A DNA stretch of 64,000 nucleotides from an uncultured Alphaproteobacteria bacterium (GTDB lineage: Bacteria > Pseudomonadota > Alphaproteobacteria > M2410), in contig CBFDBJ010000003.1 of assembly GCA_965603015.1 (NCBI GenBank), positions 8,013-72,012 on the forward strand, written 5' to 3'. Positions within the stretch are counted from its first letter, which is position 1, and the number at the start of each line of letters is the position of its first letter. The notes beneath the pieces are model-generated. The model was not told where the DNA came from. It was given only the letters and a program-made list of their open reading frames with translations, and ran no database searches. The translations under genes were made by a program, and so were the position numbers. Positions 31,677-42,121 of the stretch are shown one piece after another.

Positions 31677-33131
31677 TCAGGCCTCTCCTAACGGGGCTGC
31701 ATCTCCCAGAATCGTCCTGAGTTCCTTGTGTGGATTTGGATCGGTTTGCACCGTCGCCTGGATATATGACAAGACCGATGTGGGCCAGACGTGAACTTTG
31801 ATGTTGCCTGCCTTGATTGTACCATAGTGGGTTCTTGAGGACATGATGGCGCTCTTCAGCCGATGTTTTTTGGCGAATGATATGAGGGGCTTCAGCACGT
31901 CGCCATTACGAGCCATTCGGTCGCTCCACTTTATCTCATAGATCCGTCTGGGCTTTTGCGTCCCTGGATGGAGCACGACAAAATCCACCTCCCCTGTATC
32001 CCAATGGGCATAAACGGGCTCTTCACCGAAGCTTCCCGGACGCCATTGCGCAAGAAATGCTGTCTCTATAACAAGCCCTACGTCCTGATCGTCCGGCGCC
32101 GAAAACCCAAACATCGCAGATCGAAGAGACGGGTTTGTTAGATAGACTTTGAACCGTGAAGCTCTCTTGAACCTCTTCGCACTTCGGTCGATCTTGTATA
32201 GGCGCCGCACGAGGAAGGCGGCCTCAAGATAGGTGAAGAACTTCTCTATTGTCGGCGCCGTCAAGCCTGTCGACTGAGCCAATTCGCCGGGGCTGATTTC
32301 CTGACCGGAATTAAAGGCTATAACCCTGAAGAACTGAGCAAGATCTCTGAAGTCGGCAATTCCATATATATTCGGGAGATCTCTGGAAAGAGCCTTTTCA
32401 ATTATATCTCCACCGACGAACTTCGATATTTGGTCCGATGTCAAATCGCCTATCGCCATTTCGGGAAATCCCCCGAAGTTGATATACTGAAAGAACAGTT
32501 CGTTGAACTCTTCTACCCTCGATTCAATATCAGACGTTCGGTCTACAAGACCCGCCGCATCACCAATCCGCAGATCAACAAACTCCTTGAAATTCATTGG
32601 CGGCAGTAGAAAGTCGGAGAACCGACCCGCACCGGACTCGGCACTTTGGGCTCGCAGCGCCGCCGCAGCGGAACCTGATGCTATAAACTTGCCTTTGGGT
32701 CTTCGGTCGACAAGAGACTTCAGATGAATTTCCCAATTCGTCAAATACTGAATTTCATCAAAGAACACGAAGTACTCTTCATCGTCGGCAATGTTATTTG
32801 CTTCCAGAAAACACGCTACGAGACGCTCCAAAGGCAACCCCAGAAAGACCGGGTCATCCAGCGAGCAATACAGTATCTTCGATGCCTCGATATCCCTTGC
32901 GATAAATTGTTCGATCACCTGGTGCAAAAGGACGGTTTTACCAACCCGTCGCGGGCCCATGAGCAAAACTGCCCGTCGAATGGCCCGCTGGCTGGCCTGC
33001 TCAAACAGGGGCGAAAAATAGTGCCGGCGATAGCTCTGTTCAGCCCGATAGTCTTTCTTCTTTTCCCACCAGGGATTGTCGGATTGAAATCTGCCACGGA
33101 TTTCCTTGTCTGACAGTTCTTTGATCGCCAT
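31677..33131 (-). CDS. COG1373-type uncharacterised AAA ATPase (AAA_14 + DUF4143 architecture)
   Basis: P-loop LLMGPRRVGKT, Walker B FFDEIQ, long C-terminal DUF4143-like region. The gene and the 200-bp region upstream (33132..33340) are markedly AT-rich compared with neighbours. Confidence 0.7.
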   Translation of the reverse strand: MAIKELSDKEIRGRFQSDNPWWEKKKDYRAEQSYRRHYFSPLFEQASQRAIRRAVLLMGPRRVGKTVLLHQVIEQFIARDIEASKILYCSLDDPVFLGLPLERLVACFLEANNIADDEEYFVFFDEIQYLTNWEIHLKSLVDRRPKGKFIASGSAAAALRAQSAESGAGRFSDFLLPPMNFKEFVDLRIGDAAGLVDRTSDIESRVEEFNELFFQYINFGGFPEMAIGDLTSDQISKFVGGDIIEKALSRDLPNIYGIADFRDLAQFFRVIAFNSGQEISPGELAQSTGLTAPTIEKFFTYLEAAFLVRRLYKIDRSAKRFKRASRFKVYLTNPSLRSAMFGFSAPDDQDVGLVIETAFLAQWRPGSFGEEPVYAHWDTGEVDFVVLHPGTQKPRRIYEIKWSDRMARNGDVLKPLISFAKKHRLKSAIMSSRTHYGTIKAGNIKVHVWPTSVLSYIQATVQTDPNPHKELRTILGDAAPLGEA

Positions 33132-33409
33132 GGGCTGAGAACCTTTTGCTCCTTTAACATTAACATCTTTATACTATACCAGTAAATCTAAATGTCAAAT
33201 ATAATTCAATGGGTTACAGAAGGTGAAAATAAAATACGTATATTAGAAAATGACTGTATCATTATCTACTGTATTTGTATTTTTCTAATAACTACAGTAT
33301 GTTATGGGAATAGATAGTGTAGATCCCGGTTCTTTCTTCACTTGCCGTATGCACAGCTGAGGCAATCCTGTACTGACATCAACTGCATCCCTTCATTCCG
33401 GCAGGCCGC

Positions 33410-34732
33410 ATGCCCGACTTTCCTTCTGATTTCATATTCGGTGTCTCGACCTCGGCCTATCAGACCGAGGGGGCGGTGCGCACGGGCGGGCGCGGGGAGA
33501 GCGTCTGGGACCGGTTTTGCCACCTGCCGGGCAATATTGCGAACGGCGATCACGGCGATGTGGCGTGCGATCATTATCACCGCTATGGCGAAGACATCGA
33601 CCTGATGGCCGAACTCGGTCTTGATGCGTGGCGGTTTTCGATTTCGTGGCCGCGGATTTTTCCAGATGGCTCCGGCGCGATCAACCGCGAAGGCCTCGAT
33701 TTTTATGACCGGTTGATCGATACGGCTCTGGAGCGCGGCGTTACGCCGTGGGCCTGTTACTATCATTTCGACCTGCCACAGAAGCTTCACATTAAAGGCG
33801 GCTGGGCGGTACGCGATGTGGCCTATTGGTATGCTGATTATGTCGGCGAGATGGGCGCGCGGATTGCCGACCGGGTGAAAAACCACATTCTGATGAACGA
33901 GCCGTCGACCAGTGCCGCCCTGACCACCCTGCATGGTACGCGGCACCGGGACCTTACGCCCGCTGATATGCATCATGCAGCGATGCACCATCTCAACCTT
34001 GCCACGGGTCTGGGAGCCGAAGCGCTGCGCAGCCTGAAGCACGAACTGCGCATCGGTACCGCCATCGAGGCGCCGTGGATCCAGCCGGCGCGGCAAGAGG
34101 AGGAAGACTTTGCGGCCTGCGAAAAGGCGAGAGACTGGCATGAGCGGGCGTTTCTTGATCCGCTGCTGCACGGCAGCTACCCCGAAGCGATCTATGAGCG
34201 CCTGCTGCCGTTCATCCACGACGGCGACCTGGGCAAGACGCTGTGCGCTCTCGATTTTCTCGGGCTCAATCACTCTTCGCGCAAGCGCATCCGGGCGGCG
34301 GATAACAGCCGTGGGTACCGCGACGCCGGGCCACCGGACGGCGCGCCGTTGACCGAGACGGGGCTCGAGGTCTGGCCCGCCGGGATCGGCAAACTGGCGG
34401 CGCACATGAGCCAGGCCTGTCCCGGGCTTGATCTTTACATCACCGCAAACGGCGCCGCCTTTGCCGACAAGCCTGAACTCAATGGCTATGTCGAAGACCC
34501 CGGCCGGATCTCCTATCTGGCTGAAAACCTCAACGCCTGCCTTGAGGCCATGGACAAGGGCGCAAGGTTGAAAGGCTATTTCGCGTGGTCCCTCACCGAC
34601 AGTTTCGAGTGGACCCGGGGCTATGCACCGCGCTTCGGGCTCGTGCGAGTTGACTATGGGACGCAGGCCCGCACGCCCAAGGCCTCTTACAACTGGTACC
34701 GCGATGTGGTTCAATCGCGGCGCCTCAAATAG
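33410..34732 (+). CDS. GH1 family beta-glucosidase
   Basis: N-terminal FIFGVSTSAYQTEG. Catalytic-nucleophile region ITANGAAF (ITENG-like). The 516-aa antisense ORF 33338..34888 is rejected. Confidence 0.85.
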   Translation: MPDFPSDFIFGVSTSAYQTEGAVRTGGRGESVWDRFCHLPGNIANGDHGDVACDHYHRYGEDIDLMAELGLDAWRFSISWPRIFPDGSGAINREGLDFYDRLIDTALERGVTPWACYYHFDLPQKLHIKGGWAVRDVAYWYADYVGEMGARIADRVKNHILMNEPSTSAALTTLHGTRHRDLTPADMHHAAMHHLNLATGLGAEALRSLKHELRIGTAIEAPWIQPARQEEEDFAACEKARDWHERAFLDPLLHGSYPEAIYERLLPFIHDGDLGKTLCALDFLGLNHSSRKRIRAADNSRGYRDAGPPDGAPLTETGLEVWPAGIGKLAAHMSQACPGLDLYITANGAAFADKPELNGYVEDPGRISYLAENLNACLEAMDKGARLKGYFAWSLTDSFEWTRGYAPRFGLVRVDYGTQARTPKASYNWYRDVVQSRRLK

Positions 34733-34745
34733 AAAGAGCCGCACC

Positions 34746-35273
34746 ATGGACATGTCAAAAATCCCCGTTGGAGCCAACCCGCCGGAAGAAGTGAATGTGA
34801 TGATCGAAGTGCCGCTTGGCGGCGCGCCGGTGAAATATGAGCTGGAAAAGGAAAGCGGTGCGATCTTCGTTGACCGCTTCCTGCACACCGCGATGTTCTA
34901 TCCGTGCAACTATGGCTTCATTCCCCATACGCTGGCCGCCGATGGCGACCCGGTCGATGTGCTGGTCGCGGGGCCAACGCCGGTCATCCCCGGCGCCATC
35001 ATCAGGTCGCGCCCTGTGGGCATGCTGGTGATGGAAGACGAAGCGGGGATGGACGAGAAGGTTATCGCGGTCCCGGCCGATGCGCTGCATCCCTATTATT
35101 CCAACATTCAGTCCTACAAGGATCTGCGGCAGATCCTGCTCGATCAAATCTCCCACTTCTTTGCCCACTACAAGGACCTTGAACCGGGCAAGTGGGTCAA
35201 GCTGACCGGCTGGGAAGACGCCGACGCGACCCGTGCGATGATCCTGGCCTCGATTGAGCAGGCGAAAGACTGA
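34746..35273 (+). CDS. ppa: inorganic pyrophosphatase
   Basis: Start at ATG 34746 (MDMSKIPVGANPPEEVNVMIEVP...). Family I PPase motif DGDPVDVLV. Confidence 0.9.
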   Translation: MDMSKIPVGANPPEEVNVMIEVPLGGAPVKYELEKESGAIFVDRFLHTAMFYPCNYGFIPHTLAADGDPVDVLVAGPTPVIPGAIIRSRPVGMLVMEDEAGMDEKVIAVPADALHPYYSNIQSYKDLRQILLDQISHFFAHYKDLEPGKWVKLTGWEDADATRAMILASIEQAKD

Positions 35274-35279
35274 CGCCCT

Positions 35280-37253
35280 ATGGATACGGTCTTGCTTCCT
35301 GTTCCCTGTGATATTCAATGGAAAGATGGCTGTTTACCGTTTCCGGCTCATGGCGTTCCCGACACGCCAGAGCTGGGGGAGTTGATAACAAGCTGGCTGT
35401 CGGATTGCGGAGATCTCTTTCAAATCGACACAAGGCCGCAAGCAGGAGAAATCCCATCATCGCGCCTTGTTCTTTCCTGCCCTGCACCGGAAGAAACCCT
35501 CCCGTCATTTGAGGATGACGCTTCCTACGCGCTGGACATTGATGGCGAAGGCATCCGTCTGTCCGCCCCGACACGGACAGGCATCTTCTACGGGTTTCAG
35601 ACCCTGCTTCAACTGGTCAAACAGCAAGACGGCGGGTTGGTCTTCCCGCACTGTTCCATTCGCGATACGCCGCGCTTTGCCTGGCGCGGATTGATGCTCG
35701 ATGTTTCGCGCCACTTCATGCCGCTCGATCTTGTGAAGCGCATGATTGATGGCATGAGCAAAGTGAAGCTGAACGTGCTGCATCTCGGGCTTTCCAACAA
35801 TCAGGGCTTCAGGGTTGAAAGCAAAAACTTCCCGCGCCTGCACACCGTCGCATCAAACGGCGCGTTCTACACTCAGGATGAAATTCGCGAGCTTGTTGAT
35901 TTTGCCGCCAAACGGCGCGTGCGCATCGTGCCGGAGTTCAACATGCCGGGCCATTCGACTTGCTTCACCCTCGCCTACCACGAGCTTGCGACGGGCAAAC
36001 CGCCAACACAGCTGCGCAAGACCTCAGGCGTCTTTGACGACGAAATGAACCCGGCGTCGGCGCACATGGACCGCTTCCTTGAGGGCTTTATCGGCGAGAT
36101 GGCCGCACTCTTCCCCGACCCGTACTGGCATTTCGGCGGCGACGAGGTGACCGGCAAGGCCTGGGATGCGGACGACGGGGTGCAGGCCTTCATGAAAGCC
36201 AATGGTCTGGCAGACAACAGGGCGCTGCAGGCGCATTTTACGGCCCGGGTTTTGAGGGAATTGAACAAACATGGCAAGAAGGCCATCGGCTGGGAAGAGG
36301 TTGCCGAAGGTTCGCCACCAAAAGACACAATTATTCAGCCGTGGATGACACCGGCCTCCAACGATATCTTCGAGGGCTACCCGCTCATCGTTTCGACAAG
36401 CTATTATCTTGATCATTTTCTGCGAGCCGAGGACTACACCACCATTGATCCGGAGCCGGACGATAGCACCCGCACTGTGATCGGCGCGGAAGCCTGCGTC
36501 TGGAGCGAGGTGATGAACGCCGACAATGTCGAGGCGATTATCTGGCCCGGCGCACTCGCGCTGGCCGAGCGCTTCTGGTCGCCGCAGGGCACTTCCGATG
36601 TGCCCGGCAAGACATCGGCGTGGCCGCGGATCATGGCAGCGCAAGACCGGATGGAGAAGCTTGACTGCGCTGACCTTGACGCGCCGAAGCGGCTGGCGGA
36701 GCGGCTTTGCGGCGGCACTGTCCCGCCGTCTGTTGCGCTCCTGCGGGACTATACCGCGCCGCTGGTCTACTATTTTGTAATCAACCGGGCAAAAGCGCCG
36801 CACGATGTCACCGCGCCATTTTCGCGGTTGATTGAAACATTGCTGCCCGAGACAGACGCCATGCACAGGTTTGAAGCACTGGTTGATGCGGCGCTGGCAG
36901 GCGACAGAGCCTCTCTTATTGTTGAATTGAACCGTCTTGCCGGGCTCAGGGACGCCTTTCGCTCAGAAACCGCGCGGCTCCCGGGTCTGCAGGAAAATCA
37001 ACCACTGGCGGATGCACTAAGTGATATTGGAAAGTCCTGCCTTGAGGTGCTGGAAGGCCGTCCTGCCAGCCACGATCTGCCGCTCGATGCCCTGATGCCG
37101 CCCGCATCAAACGACCTTACCGGTGTGCTTCAGGCGGTGGCGAGACGACGCAAGGCAGACCTTCCCGTGCTGCTGAAGGAAACGAACATTGCAATTCTTC
37201 CGGCGCTTCGACGAGTGCTTGAGAGCGCGGATCCCGGCGCGACACCATGTTGA
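35280..37253 (+). CDS. GH20 family beta-N-acetylhexosaminidase
   Basis: Catalytic region RGLMLDVSRHF...HLGGDEV-type (WHFGGDEVTGKAWD). 657 aa. Confidence 0.8.
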   Translation: MDTVLLPVPCDIQWKDGCLPFPAHGVPDTPELGELITSWLSDCGDLFQIDTRPQAGEIPSSRLVLSCPAPEETLPSFEDDASYALDIDGEGIRLSAPTRTGIFYGFQTLLQLVKQQDGGLVFPHCSIRDTPRFAWRGLMLDVSRHFMPLDLVKRMIDGMSKVKLNVLHLGLSNNQGFRVESKNFPRLHTVASNGAFYTQDEIRELVDFAAKRRVRIVPEFNMPGHSTCFTLAYHELATGKPPTQLRKTSGVFDDEMNPASAHMDRFLEGFIGEMAALFPDPYWHFGGDEVTGKAWDADDGVQAFMKANGLADNRALQAHFTARVLRELNKHGKKAIGWEEVAEGSPPKDTIIQPWMTPASNDIFEGYPLIVSTSYYLDHFLRAEDYTTIDPEPDDSTRTVIGAEACVWSEVMNADNVEAIIWPGALALAERFWSPQGTSDVPGKTSAWPRIMAAQDRMEKLDCADLDAPKRLAERLCGGTVPPSVALLRDYTAPLVYYFVINRAKAPHDVTAPFSRLIETLLPETDAMHRFEALVDAALAGDRASLIVELNRLAGLRDAFRSETARLPGLQENQPLADALSDIGKSCLEVLEGRPASHDLPLDALMPPASNDLTGVLQAVARRRKADLPVLLKETNIAILPALRRVLESADPGATPC

Positions 37254-38220
37254 GCTTTTCCGGTCTGGCCAACAGCAGACGCTTGCGGCCGTAGTCAACG
37301 GCAAACGGCGTTTGGCCCATCAGGTCCATGCCGAGCAGCATGGAGAACCGATCGGCGCGCCCGACGGTGAACTGCGCGAAAACCACCTCGACATCCTTCC
37401 AGACCTTTGAGCCGGCCTTCAGCGCCGGGAGGCGCACGATATAGCCGCGAATCGGATTGCCATTGACGCCGGTCATGGTGACTTGCTGTGCGCCTTCGAG
37501 GCTGACGCCCAGCTTTTTGTGCTCCGACGTCAGGATGGTGGTCATACTGGCGCCGGTATCGACCAGCGCGTTGAGCCTCTTGCCATTGATACCGGCTTTG
37601 ACAAACAGGGCTTTCTGCTCACCCTCAAACCGCAAGGGAATGGAATCAAAATATCCTGGCATGCTGCGCGTCAGGTTTGTCGTCTTCGGATAAAGCACCA
37701 TCATGTCGCGGGGAAAATCAAAGACCACAACATGATTTGTCAGATAGTCTGCCCCAAGAATACCTGAGAGGGGGCGACGATAATAGGAATAGTAATCGGG
37801 ATACTCCATCAAATGAGCCGGGTCGAGAGCAAAGACGGCAGCGCGGACAGAGCCAAATTCAAGAATTTTCAAGCGGACAAGACCGTCCGCCGCAGAGACC
37901 GTGATGGTTTCAACATGGTTGTTCTCGAGCGCGTTTTGCTGCACCACGGAATTCCAGATCCCGCTGGATGTGGCTCCGGTATCCACAACAAATTCAAACG
38001 GCCCCTTGCCATTGACATAGACGGGAGCGGAAATTTCATTGGCGCCGTGGACGGTCATGGCCATCTCCGCCACGACTTTGGCGGGGTCCTGAAGCGGCAC
38101 GTCTTCTGCAAGGGCTGACCCGGACAGGTCGGCGGCCGCGACCAGCACTGAAATCAGCACCTGACAACCCCGAAAGAGACGCGCGGAGCTCTCCCCCTTT
38201 TTGCAGGATTTGGCCTTCAT
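37117..38220 (-). CDS. secreted pseudo-dimeric retropepsin-like aspartic peptidase (two DTGA active-site motifs)
   Basis: Signal peptide. FEFVVDTGATSSGIW and LNALVDTGASMTTIL, i.e. tandem clan-AA Asp_protease_2-type lobes. The last 137 bp overlap the convergent GH20 gene. Confidence 0.65.
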   Translation of the reverse strand: MKAKSCKKGESSARLFRGCQVLISVLVAAADLSGSALAEDVPLQDPAKVVAEMAMTVHGANEISAPVYVNGKGPFEFVVDTGATSSGIWNSVVQQNALENNHVETITVSAADGLVRLKILEFGSVRAAVFALDPAHLMEYPDYYSYYRRPLSGILGADYLTNHVVVFDFPRDMMVLYPKTTNLTRSMPGYFDSIPLRFEGEQKALFVKAGINGKRLNALVDTGASMTTILTSEHKKLGVSLEGAQQVTMTGVNGNPIRGYIVRLPALKAGSKVWKDVEVVFAQFTVGRADRFSMLLGMDLMGQTPFAVDYGRKRLLLARPEKLNMVSRRDPRSQALVEAPEELQCSFPSAAREGLPCVVSPPPEAHR

Positions 38221-38333
38221 TTAGTCTTTTCCCCTGTTCGGCAACATTGCCCCCCGGCACGGCATTTCCCTGTCAGGTTAACCGACCGGTGTATTTGAGG
38301 CAACAGATCAACTCGCAGGCCGAAAAGCAGCGA

Positions 38334-39344
38334 TCAAACTTCCATGGGGATTTTGGGGCGGTAGAAGTTGAGGCGCAGGGCGTCGATTTTGCTGATGAGT
38401 TCGGGGGCGAGCGGGCCTTTGGCAAGACCCTCGACCAGCTCCTTTTGCTCCTGGCGGTTCTTGACGCCGGTCACGACGGTGGACACGCCCTCCATAGAAA
38501 GAGAGTAGCGATGGGCCAGGACCGCCGGGTTTTCACCCAGTTCCTCGCACAAGTCACGCCACGGTTTGGCGCGAATATAATCCATCATGTCGGGATCCGT
38601 GGTGTCGAGAAGCCGGTCCATTTTTGCGGTGAGCGCGCCGGCCTGGACGGCGCGAATGCCGATCACACCGACGTTATTATTGATTGCTGTACGGATAATA
38701 TTGCGCGGTTCGGGCGGCTCTTCATAGCGCCGGATGCCGCCGGGGCTGTCCATCAGGTTGGCGATGACCTGAACCGCATCAGGTTTTTGTTCGTGGCGCA
38801 GCGCCTGCATGACAAGCGAAGGCAAGCCAACACCGGTAATCCCCCACGCGGCAATCAGGCCCTTGGCCTTGAGTGCTGCGATGGCTGGCAGAAAGGCATC
38901 TTCGTAAGACCGCCACCGCGTGCACCACAGGTGCTGCGTGTCGGCGTTCTGCTTCATCTCGTAGTCTTCAGGAATAATCTGGGAATGCAAAAAGAAAATA
39001 TCGGCCTGCTCGCGTTTCATAGTCTTCAGAGAGCGAACGATGGAGCGCTCGATTTTCTCCAACATCTTGTCTGCGCTGAGTGTCCCCGCATTACATTTTG
39101 TGGTGATGCGCACGCCATCCGGCAGCTTGCCGTCAAACGCCTCGCCGATTACGCTTTCCGCCTCGCCCTTGCCATAGGACGGCGCCATATCGAGCAGGTT
39201 GATGCCCAGATCAACGGCTTCGCGCGCCGTGGCAATGGCCTCCTCGCGCGTGGTCTCGCCCCAGATCTGGCCAAGCCCGCCGCCGCCGAGCGCCAGTGCG
39301 CTAACCGGCCAGAGATTTCCAAGTTGTCGCCGTTCCATCATCAA
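38334..39344 (-). CDS. aldo/keto reductase
   Basis: AKR pattern LDMAPSYGKGEAESVIGEA...HSQIIPED. 336 aa. Confidence 0.85.
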   Translation of the reverse strand: MMMERRQLGNLWPVSALALGGGGLGQIWGETTREEAIATAREAVDLGINLLDMAPSYGKGEAESVIGEAFDGKLPDGVRITTKCNAGTLSADKMLEKIERSIVRSLKTMKREQADIFFLHSQIIPEDYEMKQNADTQHLWCTRWRSYEDAFLPAIAALKAKGLIAAWGITGVGLPSLVMQALRHEQKPDAVQVIANLMDSPGGIRRYEEPPEPRNIIRTAINNNVGVIGIRAVQAGALTAKMDRLLDTTDPDMMDYIRAKPWRDLCEELGENPAVLAHRYSLSMEGVSTVVTGVKNRQEQKELVEGLAKGPLAPELISKIDALRLNFYRPKIPMEV

Positions 39345-39369
39345 TCTCCTGTCGGTCGCCGAGGTCTAT

Positions 39370-40272
39370 CTAGTTCAGGGCAGAGGGTACAGGCACGCCG
39401 GCGATGCGGCAAGCGGCGGCCACCGTATTGCGCAGCAGACAGGCGATGGTCATGGGGCCGATGCCGCCGGGGACAGGGGTGATCGCTCCGGCCACCTCTT
39501 TGGCGGCCTTGTAATCCACGTCGCCGACGAGGCGGGTCTTGCCCTCCCCGCGTTCCGGCGCATCGATCCGGTTGATCCCCACGTCAAGGACCAGGGCGCC
39601 CGGTTTAATCCAGTCACCCTTGACCATTTGCGGCACGCCGACGGCGGCAACGAGAATATCTGCCGTGCGGCAGAGGTCGGGCAGATCTTTGGTACGCGAA
39701 TGCGCCATGGTGACGGTACAGTTTTCTGCGAGCAGCAATTGGGCGACCGGCTTGCCGACCAGGATCGAGCGTCCGATAACGACCGCATGTTTGCCTGTGA
39801 GGTCGCCAAGCGTGTCCTTTGCCAGCATCACGGTACCAAGCGGCGTGCAAGGGACGAGCCCCTCCTGGCCCAGCATCAACTTGCCGGCGCTCATCGGGTG
39901 AAGACCATCGACATCCTTTGATGGCTCGATGGTTTCAACGACTTTCTTTTCGTCGATGTGATCCGGCATCGGCAGCTGGCACAGGATACCGTGGACAGAG
40001 GGATTGGCATTGAGATTTTTGACAAGCGCGATGACGTCAGCCTCGGGCGTGTCGGCGGGCAAGAGATGTTCAAAACTCTCCATCCCGGCTTCGCGGGTCT
40101 TGATGCCCTTGTTTTTGACATAGACCTGGCTGGCCGGGTCGTCGCCAACCAGAACCACGGCAAGACCGGGGGTCAAATCATGGTCTTTTTTCAGGCTTGC
40201 GACGGCGTCGGCGACACGGGCGCGCAGGCCTTCGGCAAATTCAGTTCCGCTAATACGTTTGGCTTCACTCAT
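39370..40272 (-). CDS. folD: bifunctional methylenetetrahydrofolate dehydrogenase/methenyl-THF cyclohydrolase
   Basis: Pattern [16 protein letters not shown]...GGIGPMT. 300 aa. Confidence 0.92.
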   Translation of the reverse strand: MSEAKRISGTEFAEGLRARVADAVASLKKDHDLTPGLAVVLVGDDPASQVYVKNKGIKTREAGMESFEHLLPADTPEADVIALVKNLNANPSVHGILCQLPMPDHIDEKKVVETIEPSKDVDGLHPMSAGKLMLGQEGLVPCTPLGTVMLAKDTLGDLTGKHAVVIGRSILVGKPVAQLLLAENCTVTMAHSRTKDLPDLCRTADILVAAVGVPQMVKGDWIKPGALVLDVGINRIDAPERGEGKTRLVGDVDYKAAKEVAGAITPVPGGIGPMTIACLLRNTVAAACRIAGVPVPSALN

Positions 40273-40582
40273 TAAATTGTCCGAGCCAGGCTGTCAGTAT
40301 TTCTTCAAGCCGTTTTGGCTCTCCCTCGATCAGAATCATTTTGTTGCGTGACTGCTCACCGGCTATCACGCGCATGGTCGAGGGCGCAAGTCCTGTCTCT
40401 TTGCCGAGCAGTTTTATCAGCACTTTATTGGCTTTGCCGTTCTCCGGCGCGGCCGTGACGCGGACTTTCAGAGAAACCTTGCCATCTGCGGCCACATAGA
40501 GCCCGGCAACCGCATCGGATGAGGATTTTGGCGTCACCCGGCAGGCGAGGCGCGCGCCCTTCTGGTCCTGGCGGAGAGGCAT
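40265..40582 (-). CDS. yggU: DUF167 (YggU) family protein
   Basis: 105 aa. Pattern [22 protein letters not shown]. Conserved folD-yggU-yggT vicinity. Confidence 0.75.
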   Translation of the reverse strand: MPLRQDQKGARLACRVTPKSSSDAVAGLYVAADGKVSLKVRVTAAPENGKANKVLIKLLGKETGLAPSTMRVIAGEQSRNKMILIEGEPKRLEEILTAWLGQFNE

Positions 40583-40600
40583 CCGCAGACCCTCTACGGC

Positions 40601-40882
40601 TTACTGAAACAACATTGAAGCCAGCAACCACCATGCAACCTGCACGCCGACGATGAGAACGATGGGCGAAAGATCGAGACCACCAATGGGCGGAATGACA
40701 CTGCGGAGCTTTTTGTAGGCCGGATCGGTCATCTTGAAGGTGAACGTATGAACACTCCGCACGAAGGCACTGCCACTGTTAATCACCTGGAAGTTGATCA
40801 ACCAGCTCAGGATGACATCGGCGATGATGATCCAGACGTAAAGACGGACCAGCAGGTCTATGGCTTGGAAGGGAGACATCAT
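40601..40882 (-). CDS. yggT: YggT family membrane protein
   Basis: Start reset to ATGATG at about 40882 (MMSPFQAIDLLVRLYVWIIIADVILSWL...). The track ORF is over-extended upstream. Confidence 0.7.
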   Translation of the reverse strand: MMSPFQAIDLLVRLYVWIIIADVILSWLINFQVINSGSAFVRSVHTFTFKMTDPAYKKLRSVIPPIGGLDLSPIVLIVGVQVAWWLLASMLFQ

Positions 40883-41071
40883 TTTGCCGTTTCTCCTTGA
40901 TTGGCGGGCTAAAGGGACATGTAGCGATTGATGCGGGCAACTGCAACCCCCGGGCCCCGTCCCGCCGGCAGGTTTCCGGGACAGGTCTTGCCATTTCCCG
41001 TCAGGCCTGAAAATCTTGCTCGCACGGCTCATTGATGTTGAAGTGATTGACATGTTTAGCCCTCCCCTTCA

Positions 41072-41201
41072 TGTCATCCCGGACGTAGCGATAGCGAAGA
41101 TCCGGAATCTCGGGATGAGATCGGGGAGGAGTTCGCGCGATCCTGTCCCGCGGAATCGTGCCCTGAGACCCCGGGTCGCGCTTTGCTTGCCCGGGGCGAC
41201 A
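41072..41201. repeat. REP-like palindromic element, subfamily B (copy 4)
   Basis: tgtcatcccggacgtagcgatagcgaagatccggaatctcgggatgag ... cgtgccctgagaccccgggtcgcgctttgcttgcccggggcgaca. Confidence 0.8.
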
Positions 41202-41221
41202 TTTATTTAGATGAGGGAAAC

Positions 41222-41959
41222 ATGACAGATCTTCTCGACTTCACAGGCAAGACGGTGCTCGTTGTGGGCGGCTCAAGCGGCATCGGCAATGGCATTGCAC
41301 AGGGCTTTCGGGCCAAAGGCGCGACGGTTCATGTCTGGGGCACGAGGGCGAGCGCGGCTGACTATGACGGCGAGGAAGGCAGCGACCTTGAAGGACTGTC
41401 CTACACACAGGTCGATGTCAGCTCCTCGCAAAATGTGGCCGAAGCGCCGCTTTCCTTCGACGCTCTTGATGTTCTGGTGCTGAGCCAGGGGACGGTGATC
41501 TATGGTCGCGGCGAGTTCGAGATGGAGGGGTTTGAGCATGTCATGGATGTCAACCTGACCAGCCTGATGGCCTGTGCGGTGCGCTGCCATGATCTCATCG
41601 CCGCCACCAAAGGCTCGGTCATTACGGTCAGCTCGACGGCAGGGTTTCAGGCAACGATGGGCAATCCGGCCTATGCGGCGTCCAAATCCGCTGCGGTCGG
41701 CCTGACCAAGGCGCTGGCCAAGGCGTGGGCGCGCGATGGTATCCATGTCAACGGGATCGCGCCCGGGCTGGTCGATACCAAACTGACCAAAATCACCACC
41801 GATAGTCCCGAGCGCCTCAAAGGCTCGCTGCGCGCGATCCCGGCGCGGCGCCTCGGCACGCCGCAGGACATGGCCAACGCCGCCCTCTTTCTGGCCTCGC
41901 CGATGGCGTCCTATATCTACGGGCAGACGATCATTGTTGATGGCGGGATTGTGCTTTAG
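41222..41959 (+). CDS. SDR family oxidoreductase
   Basis: Motifs TVLVVGGSSGIGNGIA and YAASKSAAVGLTKALA (YxxxK). Start at the ATG after gagggaaac. Confidence 0.85.
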   Translation: MTDLLDFTGKTVLVVGGSSGIGNGIAQGFRAKGATVHVWGTRASAADYDGEEGSDLEGLSYTQVDVSSSQNVAEAPLSFDALDVLVLSQGTVIYGRGEFEMEGFEHVMDVNLTSLMACAVRCHDLIAATKGSVITVSSTAGFQATMGNPAYAASKSAAVGLTKALAKAWARDGIHVNGIAPGLVDTKLTKITTDSPERLKGSLRAIPARRLGTPQDMANAALFLASPMASYIYGQTIIVDGGIVL

Positions 41960-42121
41960 GGCGCAGGGCTGGTCCTTCTTTTGTGCCTGACCGGCTTGCA
42001 GAACAGCTTGCTTGCGGCAAAAAGCCCGAGCTGCTATGGCTCGATTTCAAAGTTTCAAGGCGACGGGACATTGCAATTTGCCTAAAAATGAAGGCCCAAC
42101 ACGCCAGGACTTCAGTTTGGT

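Noticed and set aside
33132-33340. ctactgtat ... ctacagtat in the AT-rich region, considered as an SOS (LexA) box
   Set aside because: The spacing (CTGT-N21-ACAG) is wrong for an E. coli-type box. Alphaproteobacterial LexA boxes are GTTC direct repeats, which are absent. It is kept only as a composition feature.
33338-34888. 516-aa - strand ORF, the longest unexplained ORF in the track
   Set aside because: It is entirely antisense to the GH1 beta-glucosidase, which has unmistakable motifs. The antisense protein is Arg/Pro/Gly-rich low-complexity, as expected for a GC-rich shadow ORF.
38247-39482. 411-aa + strand ORF
   Set aside because: Antisense to the aldo/keto reductase and folD genes. 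Arg-rich shadow ORF.
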